Source: Nitrospirota bacterium (GTDB lineage Bacteria; Nitrospirota; UBA9217). From it: a stretch of 64,000 nucleotides of DNA. Of this stretch, positions 41,347 to 51,507 are shown one piece after another. Position 1 is the stretch's first letter. Each line of letters begins with the position of its first letter. A model generated the notes under the pieces. That model was not told the DNA's origin and did no database searches. It was given only the letters and a program-made list of their open reading frames with translations. The position numbers and the translations under genes are program-made. Where the stretch lies: NCBI GenBank assembly GCA_963749655.1, contig CAVVOB010000013.1, positions 96,001 through 160,000 on the forward strand, in the 5' to 3' direction.

Positions 41347-43197
41347 ATGAACAAAAATAAAATTATTCTCCTTCCAACTTTACTGTTGAGTATCATTCTC
41401 GTTTATTCAACTTATGGAGAGGCTCAGAGTACTGAAAGCCTGCCCCAGACAAAAAGTGAGAATGGCCGCTGGGGACTTATTGATCATAGCGGAAAATTTA
41501 TTCTTGAGCCAAAGTATGAAGAAATCAGATTGTTCAGCAATTGGATCGACAACGGCAGGGTGTGGATTAAAACAAACAATAAATGGGGCTTATTTGACCT
41601 TAAGGGAAAAATCATCGTCCCACCCACGTATGATAATGTTTCCAGTATCCAGGCTAATTATGACTATGCAGAGATTACACTGGCAGGCAATCACGGCCTT
41701 ATCACTCAAACGGGCAAGATTCTTGTGGAACTGCAATATTCTTCCTTACGCGTATTCGACGATGGCATGATAGAGGTTCGGACGCATGACGGCAAAAGAG
41801 GTTTTATTAATCAACAGGGTAAGATTATCGCTGCTCCTGTTTACGATCTGGTTCTGGATTATCAAAACCATATTAAGAGAGTGCAAAAGAACCAGCGATG
41901 GGGGTTGATCAAGGATGACGGACGCATCATTGTTCCCACCCTCTATTCGGCAATATCGGAACCGGTAGACAATGTTTCGCGCGTCAACATGAGCGGTAAG
42001 TGCGACTGGGAGGGTTATTGTGAGGGCGGGAAATGGGGTCTGATTGACGTAAAGGGGACGACCATCCTTGAACCCAAATACAATTACATAGACGATTTTC
42101 ATGACGGGCTCGCGACCGTTGTGATAAACGGCAAGTGGGGCTACTTGAATACCAGGGGCAATCTCGCAATAGCTGCAAAATTCGATGCAGCAAATGATTT
42201 CGATAATGGACACGCATCGGTCACCTATCGCGACGAAGCGGGTTACATTGACAGGAGCGGGACCTTTGTCAGGAGCTTTAACGAGAACCACTACGTCGGC
42301 TCAATCGATAACAGGATCGGCTTCTACATGTACTTAACGATGAAAGCAGGCGCTGTTTCAGGGCGATACTTCTATTTAAATCAAAAACGACCGATCACAG
42401 TACAGGGTAAAATCAATCCTGACGGATCGTTCGATTTGGAAGAGAAGTATGAGGGCAAGATCAGCGGAAAATTTCAAGGTACCTTCTCTGCAGCCTTTGA
42501 CAAGGCCGGCGGCGAATGGTTCGCGCCAAAGGGGAAAAAGAAATTACCATTCATTCTGCAGCAGGTGTCCCGGTTTACCGGCATGAACACATTTCGGAAT
42601 GTTCACGGTTTTCTTTATTTTTACCTTGAAAACCCGGAACTCCAGAAGACGGTCAATGCAATGCTCAGCAAGATCACGAAGGGAACTTCGCGTTTTCTTA
42701 TTCAGAGTAAGAACGATTTGGACAACATGGGCTGGCTGCTCGGGACCGAAGAAGAGTCATCGATCAATTCATCCGAATATAACGCAGACTATAAATCAAA
42801 TACGCTGATCAGCATCCATTACACGGATTATATGGAGGGAGGAGCTCACCCGAACACAGCGTACGCTTCGTTAAACCTGCGGTTTAATAATGGCCGGGTC
42901 TATGACATTTCCCTCGATGATCTCTTCCGGCAGGATGCAAATTACCTGCAGGTGATAATGGGTTACTGTGCAAGTAATTTAAAGGAACAAGGGGCCAGTG
43001 ACGCTATAGTAGGCCATATCCCCGCCTTGTCTGAAAAGCTCGACGTCTTTAATATTGAATCCTCAGGGATTAAATTTTCTTTTGCACCCTATCAAGTTGG
43101 TTCATATGCCGAGGGGTCTTATTTTGTTTTAGTTCCGTATAACGTCTTAAAAGGACTGATCAGGCTTGACGGGCCGCTTAAGGATGTCATCAAATAA
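41347..43197 (+). CDS. Exported WG-repeat protein with C-terminal RsiV/PdaC-like (DUF4163/DUF3298) region
   Basis: Signal peptide; repeated (K/R)WGLID..G.....P.Y; C-terminal GGAHPNT, LDDLF, F.PYQVGSYAEG; AT-rich coding. Confidence 0.85.
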   Translation: MNKNKIILLPTLLLSIILVYSTYGEAQSTESLPQTKSENGRWGLIDHSGKFILEPKYEEIRLFSNWIDNGRVWIKTNNKWGLFDLKGKIIVPPTYDNVSSIQANYDYAEITLAGNHGLITQTGKILVELQYSSLRVFDDGMIEVRTHDGKRGFINQQGKIIAAPVYDLVLDYQNHIKRVQKNQRWGLIKDDGRIIVPTLYSAISEPVDNVSRVNMSGKCDWEGYCEGGKWGLIDVKGTTILEPKYNYIDDFHDGLATVVINGKWGYLNTRGNLAIAAKFDAANDFDNGHASVTYRDEAGYIDRSGTFVRSFNENHYVGSIDNRIGFYMYLTMKAGAVSGRYFYLNQKRPITVQGKINPDGSFDLEEKYEGKISGKFQGTFSAAFDKAGGEWFAPKGKKKLPFILQQVSRFTGMNTFRNVHGFLYFYLENPELQKTVNAMLSKITKGTSRFLIQSKNDLDNMGWLLGTEEESSINSSEYNADYKSNTLISIHYTDYMEGGAHPNTAYASLNLRFNNGRVYDISLDDLFRQDANYLQVIMGYCASNLKEQGASDAIVGHIPALSEKLDVFNIESSGIKFSFAPYQVGSYAEGSYFVLVPYNVLKGLIRLDGPLKDVIK

Positions 43198-43328
43198 TGA
43201 TTGCCAGAGACGCAGGCGGGCACGCTGTGTGTGCGTTTCGTGCGTTAAAAGTCGGCAATTTCAACAAAAAGACGGTAGGTGCCTACTACCTGGTAGTTTT
43301 TTTAATCTGAATTTTTCAGGAGGAATCC

Positions 43329-43826
43329 ATGCAAAAAATAGTCATCCTGCTTGTTCCATTTTTGTTTGTCTCGTGTGTTCCGGCACCCCAGTCGGTAAGC
43401 GAGTTTCGTGATGCTATGCAGACCCACCCGTCGATGATGAAAGAAGAATCCCATACAGTTAGTCGAAATCTTTCCGTTGTCGTAAAGGATTTAGAGCGCA
43501 AATCGAAGGAATGTTTACAGTTTGGTTATGAATCGACCACCCGAGCCGGCGCTGCTTCGAGAAGTAACACCGTTCTCTACCATCCCCGCGTTCGAATGAG
43601 CGGGAAAGCCAAGGCTGAAATGTTCATTCAGGAGGAACATATTCCTGCAGCGGTAGGGTCTCCCAAAGGAGGAGCGTATGTATTCCTTACGGATATGAAG
43701 CAGGTATCTTCCTCCAAAACGCAAATGACCATATACAGTCCTTCATTCCCTACATGGCAGCCGATTATTGATGCAGTCAAGGGGTGGAGTGAGGGGAAAA
43801 ACATCAAGTGTCCCGATTCGCCCTGA
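43329..43826 (+). CDS. Hypothetical lipoprotein
   Basis: AGGAGG RBS; lipobox FVSC. Confidence 0.75.
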   Translation: MQKIVILLVPFLFVSCVPAPQSVSEFRDAMQTHPSMMKEESHTVSRNLSVVVKDLERKSKECLQFGYESTTRAGAASRSNTVLYHPRVRMSGKAKAEMFIQEEHIPAAVGSPKGGAYVFLTDMKQVSSSKTQMTIYSPSFPTWQPIIDAVKGWSEGKNIKCPDSP

Positions 43827-43891
43827 TAGGGTCTTTCCGCTAATAGCCGGTCAATAGGGCGGGTATTGAACCACGTGAAACCCGGCGATGA

Positions 43892-43948
43892 TTCTAACCA
43901 TTCGAGAGAGGGCCGCGAAAACCGCGGCCCTTAGCCGAGCCGTTCATG
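43892..43948 (+). other. Degenerate integron attC-like site
   Basis: TTCTAAC-5 nt-GAGAGAGG-hairpin-CCTTAGC-6 nt-GTTCATG, 57 bp. Confidence 0.4.
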
Positions 43949-44127
43949 CAGGTTTCAACCGATAATTCTCATTTTTTCGTTCGGGCGCTTGCGCATACTT
44001 GTAGGAAAAACCCGCAGCAGCATTATGGAGGGAGCTTTGGGGATGTTGGTTCATATAGTTGCTGCATGATTTAATCGAGGTTGACTCCGGGACAATCCTT
44101 GGCCAACAGAAAAGCTGAAGGAGCAAC

Positions 44128-45378
44128 ATGGGCAAGACCGACTACGGCGTCAAATGCGCATCCATATTCGGCGGGGGAGTGGCCCTCGGCCTCGGCGGGC
44201 TTTTATTGTACGACGCGTTGTTTTATCGAGATCCCGATTTCGAAGCATGGGTCGTGCAGATCATCGGCGGCGCAGCCGCATGCCTCATGGCGCTCGTCGG
44301 GTTCTGGGCAGCATGGCGCTTCGGCAACGCAGAGAAACCGGCTGCTCCGTCAGACGAAAAAGAACGGCTGGAGAGGATCAGGCAGGCGTTTCATGAAAGC
44401 CCTGTCATGGCCGGTGTGAGCGGCGAGGAGGGTCACAGCGTATGCATCTACCGGACGATCGGTTTTGCCGCTATGGCGGTCTTCCTGGGGCTGTCGTTCA
44501 TCGCCCTTCGCATGGAGGCATACAGCGCCTTGAGCGGGATGTCCTTGTTCGGGGCTGCTGTCTTTTTCTTCATTGGCGTCGGCGCTTTGATTTTCGGATG
44601 GGTGGAAAACAAGGACCGGGAATCTCCTCGAGGACCGGTCAGCCTCCGGGCAGGCGGAGACCTGTTCGTGAACAGGCAAACCACTGCGTCGTTTGAAACT
44701 GTCGCCCCGCAGCAGGATATTCGGTCCGACGCACTTCCTCCGGTACAGGCCAATTATACGATCAAAGACCGGACTATTCTGGAGGCATGCGGGCCATACA
44801 AACCGGAAACGATCGACGGTCTCGGACGGTTCGTGATGGACGACCGCCGGGACTATTCCGGTGTAAACTTTCTTTTTACCGGCACTAAGATCGCCGCCCT
44901 GATCGCGGCCGCGGGCGGCCTGCTCCTGTTGGCCCCGAACCTCGCTCGTTTTGCAAAATACGCATTGGTCTTCGATTTCTTCGGCAAGATAATCGCCGGA
45001 ATGGGCGTTTTTTTCTTTGTAGCTTTTGGACTGATGCACCTGGTCTTCGTCAAGGGACGGCTGGGCTTTCGGTTGGAGATCGACAAAAGCGGGGGCACGG
45101 TCAGTTTTCACACCTATTGGTTCGCGTTCCATTTTAAAAGCAACTACGCCCTGCGCGCCTTCGATCATATCTTCGTCACCCGCGTGAAACTCGTGTTCAC
45201 AGACAGTCAAAACCACATTGAGAGTGAAATCCGGTTTCAGGTCTACCTCGCGGGCAAGGACCTGCTCGGCATCGTCTATTTTGACACCAATGAAAAGACG
45301 CAGGCATTCGCCGCTAAACTGGCCCGATATCTGGACCTGCCGGTGAAGGTGAATGTGGACGAGGAAACGGTGCTGTGA
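44128..45378 (+). CDS. Hypothetical multi-pass membrane protein
   Basis: AAGGAG RBS; three pairs of hydrophobic segments plus a soluble C-terminal domain. Confidence 0.75.
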   Translation: MGKTDYGVKCASIFGGGVALGLGGLLLYDALFYRDPDFEAWVVQIIGGAAACLMALVGFWAAWRFGNAEKPAAPSDEKERLERIRQAFHESPVMAGVSGEEGHSVCIYRTIGFAAMAVFLGLSFIALRMEAYSALSGMSLFGAAVFFFIGVGALIFGWVENKDRESPRGPVSLRAGGDLFVNRQTTASFETVAPQQDIRSDALPPVQANYTIKDRTILEACGPYKPETIDGLGRFVMDDRRDYSGVNFLFTGTKIAALIAAAGGLLLLAPNLARFAKYALVFDFFGKIIAGMGVFFFVAFGLMHLVFVKGRLGFRLEIDKSGGTVSFHTYWFAFHFKSNYALRAFDHIFVTRVKLVFTDSQNHIESEIRFQVYLAGKDLLGIVYFDTNEKTQAFAAKLARYLDLPVKVNVDEETVL

Positions 45379-45528
45379 ATCCGGAATTTTACAAAAATCG
45401 TTGACATTCGAAATCATTCGTCCTATATATCCAATACCAGCAGCGTTCCCTGGACGTCCCCGGGGAATAATGTTTTTGACCAGAATTGCGCAGCGCCAAT
45501 AGCCGGGGAGAATCGGAGGATAGCAAAA

Positions 45529-46955
45529 ATGGGATATACAAAAACGATTATTACCCTGTTCGTCGTCTATCTGACCTGTGGCTGCGCCCCCAGTGCCAGC
45601 CGCGTTGATCCGCTGTCGAGCCTGAATATGGCGCCGGTGACCATATCACGATCACCGGAGTACAAGGAATTGTCCCTTGCACTGATCTTATCGGACAACA
45701 CAAGGAACACCGGCGAGCAATTGAAAAAATGGAACAGCATGATGAGGTTCAACGCAGCCGCGCAGGTTGATTTAGACAACGTCTTCGCCGGGCTCTTGGA
45801 CATTTTTCGAAAAAACTTCCTCAAAGTCGAGACTGTTCAAAACGTCGAAGAAGCCCGGAAGCTTAATGTCGATTGCATAGCCGTTCTTGACATCAATATG
45901 ACGTTAAGCAACTTCATATGGAATCCCACGGTAGTGGAAATTTCCTCCATCCTGCTCACAAAGGGGAAAATGGAAATCGATAACGTGCGGGGAGAAGCCA
46001 CCAAAAAGGGACACGGCGCTCTTGCATCAGCATTCAACGACGCGCAGGCGGAATTCCAAAATGCGCTCTTGTCGTCGAAAAAGCTTCATGAGTTCAGCAT
46101 GATGAATTCACGGGGTTTGCCTGTGATGGCTGCCGGGAGCCATCACAGGCATCTGTGTCCGGCGCGCCCGGGACACAAACATCGGAAATTGAGCATCCGT
46201 CATTTCCTCAGGACAGAAGGGTATTCAACGACGATGACGTTGCAGTGGTGATCGGAATAGAGAAGTACCTGAATGCGCCTTCATCCGACTATTCGTACGA
46301 TGACGCAGTCCTGGTCAAAGCCTATCTTGTTGCCCTGGGAATGAAGGAGAGAAATATTGAACTCCTGCTGAATGAAAAAGCCACCCAGTCCGGCATCAGG
46401 AAATCCATAGAAACATGGCTGCCGAACCGGGTAAAGAAAGGGAACCGCGTTTTTGTCTACTATTCCGGGCACGGGGCGCCGGAGCCGGCCAGCGGCGAAG
46501 CATATATCGTCCCTGCTGACGGCGATCCAAACTATCTTTCCGATACCGGCTATCCATTGCAGAGACTGTATGAAAAACTGGGAAGGCTCCAGGCAGCGGA
46601 AGTCGTGATTGCTCTGGATTCGTGTTTTTCCGGCGCAGGCGGCCGGTCCGTCCTTGCAAAAGGAGCGAGGCCGCTGGTTATGACGACGCAGGCTGCATTC
46701 AGATCGCAGAATATGGCAATTATTACGGCAACGCAGGGCGCTCAGATCAGCACATCTTCTCCAGAGAAAAAGCATGGAGTTTTCACGTATTATTTTCTGA
46801 AAGCTCTGCAACAAGGAAAGAAGAGTCTGGAAGAGGTTTATGCTTACTTAAAACCGCTGGTTGAAGATGAGGCGAAAATGCTGAATGTGGCGCAAACTCC
46901 GGGGATAACTCCTGCCCCTGATCAGCTGACAGGACGATTTATTTTGCAGCATTAG
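45529..46955 (+). CDS. Lipoprotein with C-terminal caspase-like (peptidase C14) domain; frameshift near 46140
   Basis: GGAGG RBS, lipobox TCGC; AVVIGIEKY, YYSGHG, LDSCFSG, HGVFTY, QTP. Confidence 0.82.
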
Positions 46956-47000
46956 AGACCGGCGTTCGGTACAAATTCAGGATCGCATAAAAGCATCCAC

Positions 47001-48836
47001 TCATTTCGGCATTTTAGGGCTGCTTTCCACGTAGTTTCTGATCTCCTCGATAAACTCCCTGCCGTACCGCTCAAGCTTGACGTCCCCCACGCCCGAGATC
47101 TGCCGCATCTCCGACTCGCTCGTCGGAAAATGCGTGCACATCTCGCGAAGCGTTTTGTCAGAGAAGATCACAAAGGGCGGAACCTCCTGCTCTTCTGCAA
47201 ACTTTTTTCTGATCATGCGGAGTCGCTCAAAAAGAGTTCTGTCGGAACTGCTGAGATCGCCGATCTGCTTGCGCCTGCCTTTTGTTTTTGCTTCTTCCCG
47301 CTTGAGCCCTGATATCTGCTCCTGTCCTGTAAGCTGCGCCGCCCCTTTTGGCGTCAATTTCAGCACCGGGTAGCGGTCCCCGTCCTGCCTGATCATTTCC
47401 TGGGCCAGCAATTCGTCAACGATGAACCGCCAGTGCATCTTGTCATGATGTTTCCCGGCTCCGAAGGTCTTGATCTTGTCATGACCCAGTTCCCTGATGC
47501 GCCTGGTGTCCGCTCCGATGACGATGTCGACGATATGCCCGATGCCGAACCGTTCGCTGGTCCGTGCCATGGCTGACATGATTATCCTGGCGTCCATGGA
47601 GATGTCTACCTGCTTGACCAGGCCGGTGCAGATATCGCAGGTGCCGCAATTGTCCCCGGGGTAAACTTCCCCGAAAAAGGCGAGGAGCTGTTTTCGCCTG
47701 CATACGTTATGGGAGGCGAACCGTACGGTCTGATTCAGCTTCTCCATGGCGATCGCCCGTTCGTGCTCGTCCTGCACCTGGTCGATGAAATACCGTATTT
47801 TCGGGATGTCGCCCCTGCTGAAATAGAGCAGGCAATGGGCAGGTTCTCCGTCCCGTCCCGCGCGTCCCGTTTCCTGGTAATAGCCCTCGATATGGCGGGG
47901 CAGATCGGCATGGACCACGAACCGGACGTTCGATTTGTCGATTCCCATGCCGAAGGCGATAGTTGCCACGATCACGGACACCTCGTCGCGGTTAAAGGCT
48001 TCCTGGTTCTTCTCACGCTTCTCCGCAGGCAATCCCGCATGGTAAGGGAGCGCCTTGATGCCGTGGGAAGCGAGAAAAGCAGCTGTTGTATCCACCGAGT
48101 CGCGCGTGGTCCGGTATATGATCCCTGCTTCATTCCCGCGGTCTTTGACAAATGCCAGGAGCTGCTCTTCAACTCCTGATTTGGCCTCCACCTGGTAGAA
48201 GAGGTTCGGCCGGTTGAAGGAGGCGCGGACCACCTGGGGCTTTCTAAGCCCTATCTTGCTGATGATGTCCTGCTGGACCTTTTGTGTTGCCGTGGCAGTG
48301 AAGGCTGCGACAGGAATGCCGGGAAAGTGCGTGGGAATGGCGGAGAGTGCGAGATAATCGGGCCGGAAATCGTGTCCCCATTCCGATATGCAGTGCGCTT
48401 CGTCGATAGCGAACAGCGCGATAGGGATGGCTTTCAGCGTGTCCATGAACTGCGGCATGGCAAAGCGTTCCGGCGCGATATAAAGGATCCTGATCCGGTT
48501 GCTCTTGAGCTCGAGGTACAGGTCTGTAATTTCCTTCTGTTCAAGAGAGCTGTTCATGAACGCGGCAGCGATACCATTCTCCTTTGCTGCGTCCACCTGG
48601 TCCTTCATGAGCGAGATAAGAGGGCTGATCACAACGGTTGTACCCTGCAGAAGGAGCGCCGGCAGCTGATAGCAGAGGGACTTCCCTCCGCCGGTAGGCA
48701 TGACTGCGAAGACATCCTGCTTATTCAGGATCGCGCTGATGATCGTTTCCTGGTTCGGGCGGAAAGATTCAAAGCCGAAGACCGTGCGGAGGGTATGGAA
48801 AACGGCAGATTTGTCTGGAGGTGTGCGGGTATCCAT
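47001..48836 (-). CDS. recQ: ATP-dependent DNA helicase RecQ
   Basis: MPTGGGKSLCYQLP, DEAHCISEWGHDFRP, QETGRAGRDG, RQC Cys cluster, HRDC. Confidence 0.97.
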   Translation of the reverse strand: MDTRTPPDKSAVFHTLRTVFGFESFRPNQETIISAILNKQDVFAVMPTGGGKSLCYQLPALLLQGTTVVISPLISLMKDQVDAAKENGIAAAFMNSSLEQKEITDLYLELKSNRIRILYIAPERFAMPQFMDTLKAIPIALFAIDEAHCISEWGHDFRPDYLALSAIPTHFPGIPVAAFTATATQKVQQDIISKIGLRKPQVVRASFNRPNLFYQVEAKSGVEEQLLAFVKDRGNEAGIIYRTTRDSVDTTAAFLASHGIKALPYHAGLPAEKREKNQEAFNRDEVSVIVATIAFGMGIDKSNVRFVVHADLPRHIEGYYQETGRAGRDGEPAHCLLYFSRGDIPKIRYFIDQVQDEHERAIAMEKLNQTVRFASHNVCRRKQLLAFFGEVYPGDNCGTCDICTGLVKQVDISMDARIIMSAMARTSERFGIGHIVDIVIGADTRRIRELGHDKIKTFGAGKHHDKMHWRFIVDELLAQEMIRQDGDRYPVLKLTPKGAAQLTGQEQISGLKREEAKTKGRRKQIGDLSSSDRTLFERLRMIRKKFAEEQEVPPFVIFSDKTLREMCTHFPTSESEMRQISGVGDVKLERYGREFIEEIRNYVESSPKMPK

Positions 48837-48972
48837 GGGCTCTCTTTTCAAAAAAAGGACGTTACGACAAAAAATATAAAAGGCTTTTCTCGCGCAAAGC
48901 CGCAAAGTCGCAAAGAACGACAAGACATGATATGCATGAGTGAGCGCAAAGTCAAGCGACGTTGTGATACGT

Positions 48973-49000
48973 TGACTTATTCCAGGCGCAATGGTATAAG
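48973..49000 (+). promoter_or_regulatory. sigma70-type promoter for the DUF523 gene
   Basis: TTGACT-17 nt-TATAAG. Confidence 0.55.
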
Positions 49001-49037
49001 CAGGGCATACCGTGGAAGACTGATTGGGAATAGCTAA

Positions 49038-49565
49038 ATGACGAATAAATCAAAAATCAAGATTGCTGTCAGCTCCTGTTTGCTCGGCAACAACGTCCGC
49101 TATGACGGCAACAGCAGGCTGGATCAGTATATCCTCGACAGGTTCGGCTCGTTCGTTGATTGGGTGCCGGTCTGTCCCGAGGCCGAGTCCGGCATGCCGG
49201 TACCGCGGGAGCCGATGCAGCTCGTCGGAGATGCTGCAAAGCCGCGCCTGATAACGATCAACACGAAAATAGACCGCACGGAAGAGCTTACGCGCTGGAT
49301 TGGAATCAAACTGCAGGAGCTGGAGCAGGCGGGCATCTGTGGGTTCATTCTGAAGGCGCGATCGCCGAGCTGCAGCGTTCACGATGCGGAGTTCTTTTCT
49401 TCTGAAAGTGGATCCCTGGGGAGGAGGGCCGGGTTGTTTGCAGAAGCTATTACGATCAGGTTTCCGGCCTTGCCTGTCGAGGATGAAGAGGCGCTGCGGG
49501 ATCGCGAAATTCTGGAAAAGTTTATCAAGCGGATCAGGGGTGAATATTGGAATCAGACGCCATGA
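49038..49565 (+). CDS. DUF523 (TudS/thiouracil desulfurase-like) Fe-S protein
   Basis: VSSCLLG..VRYDG, PVCPE, ILKARSPSC, GLFA. Confidence 0.88.
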   Translation: MTNKSKIKIAVSSCLLGNNVRYDGNSRLDQYILDRFGSFVDWVPVCPEAESGMPVPREPMQLVGDAAKPRLITINTKIDRTEELTRWIGIKLQELEQAGICGFILKARSPSCSVHDAEFFSSESGSLGRRAGLFAEAITIRFPALPVEDEEALRDREILEKFIKRIRGEYWNQTP

Positions 49566-49637
49566 GGAAGAAGTATGCTTTTGTGTATGTATGACTTCCG
49601 GCAGGGATATTGTTAATTATTTTTAGAGTCTTTCTGC

Positions 49638-49705
49638 CGTCATGCCGGACTTGATCCGGCATCCAGGAGCTAGAAGACTGGATTCCCGCCTTCACGGGAA
49701 TGACG
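49638..49705. repeat. REP-like palindromic element (copy 1)
   Basis: CGTCATGCCGGACTTGATCCGGCATCCAG...CTGGATTCCCGCCTTCACGGGAATGACG. Confidence 0.75.
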
Positions 49706-49755
49706 ATTTATTTATCTGCAGTCAAGGTTCTCGATAAGGCACTGCCGAATAATTC

Positions 49756-51507
49756 CTACGACCTGCCCCGGTTCGATGTTACCGTGCTGACGCGGGGCAG
49801 GCAGCTCGGGGAGCCGAAGAACAGCTTCAGGATGTTCGGCACCTTCAACTTCCATCCGCTCACGGGCCAGTCGAGCTCATGCTTCCCGCAGAGGGAATCC
49901 AGAGTGTTCAGTCCGAAGATCTCCTCGCGCAGGGATTCATCGACATTGTCCGGATCGGTTATCATCCCGCTCAAACGTATCGCCCGCTGAAGATGGTTCC
50001 TGACCCGGTCCGCGCTTCTCCCCCCGATGACACCGTAGCGCTCCTTGATATCCAGGAGCGCCAGCGCACCGTCGTAAGTGGCCCTCACGATATCGTCCCG
50101 CGTCATCCACTTCGTTTCATAGTTCAAGGTGAACTTCCAACTCGGCATGAGCATCGCCTTTCTGTGCTCTGCGAGCGTGCGATAGAAGAAACGGTAGCCG
50201 TATCGTTCGGGGTCCTCGAAGATGCCGCTTCCGGGGTCGATGAACGGCGCCAGCGGCGCCAGCAGGGGAAGCACCTTGCCGGTCGAGCCGTTGCTGCCGT
50301 ACCGCGCCAGGAGCGAGCCGCAGTACTTTACCGTCTCCATGACCGACGAGTAGTCCTGATAGGGAAGGCCGACCATGAAGAAGAGGTCGATCCGCTTGCA
50401 TCCTGCGTCGATCAGCGACTGGATCATGTTTTCCAGGGCTTCGTTCTCGTAGTTCTTGCCGAAGGTCCTGCGTACATTGATGTCGTGGGACTCCGGCGAG
50501 ATCTCCACGTTGAAGGTCTCGATGCTGTCTGCCACCTTATGGATCACCTCCTCCGGAGGAGGGCTGAAAAACTCGATGCAGATCTCGTTCTTGATCCGGT
50601 ATTTCTTAACGGCGTCGAGGAACCGGTCGCAGTACTCCCGCCCCGCCTGGAGCAGGTCCCCCAGGACCATCACCGGCGCGCCGGTGTACTCCGCAATGCG
50701 GTGAATATCGTCGGCGACCCGCTCGGGAGACCGGAAGCAGGGCTTCGACCGCGCGCAGACCTTTTGAAAGGCCGAGATCGATCCGCCGCAGGTGCCGCAG
50801 TTGTGATTGCACCCCCGCACCGAGAAGACCGCGGTAACGGGGTAGTTGAGCCAGTACTTGAAGGGAATATAACCCGAGGGATCGAAGTACTTGACCGCCA
50901 TCTTGAGCAGATGGGGATAGTCGAAATCCACGTAGTCGAGGTTCTCGGGCTTGAAGGACCGCTCATTGACCACGGTGCGGCCTTTCCCGTCGCGCCACAC
51001 CAGGTTGGGCACCTCTTCATAGCCCGATCCCCTGCTGATTGCCTTAAGGAGCAGCCGGAGCGGCTCTTCCGTGGATTCGCCGCAAACGATGAAATCGACG
51101 AAGGAGTAGTCCCTCATGATCTCCTCGTGGTAATAGGTGGAGGTCAGGCCGCCGAGAATGACGGGCTTGTCGGGATGATGCTTCTTCACCAGGGCCGCGA
51201 GGCTCAGGCTGCCGTCCACGTGGGGCATCCAGTGCAGATCGATGCCGAAGGCGCCGGCATTCAGGTTCTTGATATAGGCTTCGGGATCAAAGGAGCGCGA
51301 GCGGAGCATCCGGAGGGCCAGGTTGACGATCCGTACGGACATCCCGTGCCGGGTCAGGTAATCGGACATCGTGAGGAACCCGATGGGATAGATCTCGAAA
51401 ATCGACGACGACGGCACGACGTCGCTCACGGGCCCGAAGAAAAGGGGCAGTTCGCGGAACCGGAACACGCTCGGCGGATGGATGAGCAGCAGGTCAGGCC
51501 TGGACAT
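49756..51507 (-). CDS. B12-binding/radical SAM protein (TIGR04190-like)
   Basis: LIHPPSV, GPVSDVVPS, YPIGF, FGIDLHW, GGLTSTYY, RGCNHNCGTC, PFIDPGS. Confidence 0.85.
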   Translation of the reverse strand: MSRPDLLLIHPPSVFRFRELPLFFGPVSDVVPSSSIFEIYPIGFLTMSDYLTRHGMSVRIVNLALRMLRSRSFDPEAYIKNLNAGAFGIDLHWMPHVDGSLSLAALVKKHHPDKPVILGGLTSTYYHEEIMRDYSFVDFIVCGESTEEPLRLLLKAISRGSGYEEVPNLVWRDGKGRTVVNERSFKPENLDYVDFDYPHLLKMAVKYFDPSGYIPFKYWLNYPVTAVFSVRGCNHNCGTCGGSISAFQKVCARSKPCFRSPERVADDIHRIAEYTGAPVMVLGDLLQAGREYCDRFLDAVKKYRIKNEICIEFFSPPPEEVIHKVADSIETFNVEISPESHDINVRRTFGKNYENEALENMIQSLIDAGCKRIDLFFMVGLPYQDYSSVMETVKYCGSLLARYGSNGSTGKVLPLLAPLAPFIDPGSGIFEDPERYGYRFFYRTLAEHRKAMLMPSWKFTLNYETKWMTRDDIVRATYDGALALLDIKERYGVIGGRSADRVRNHLQRAIRLSGMITDPDNVDESLREEIFGLNTLDSLCGKHELDWPVSGWKLKVPNILKLFFGSPSCLPRVSTVTSNRGRS

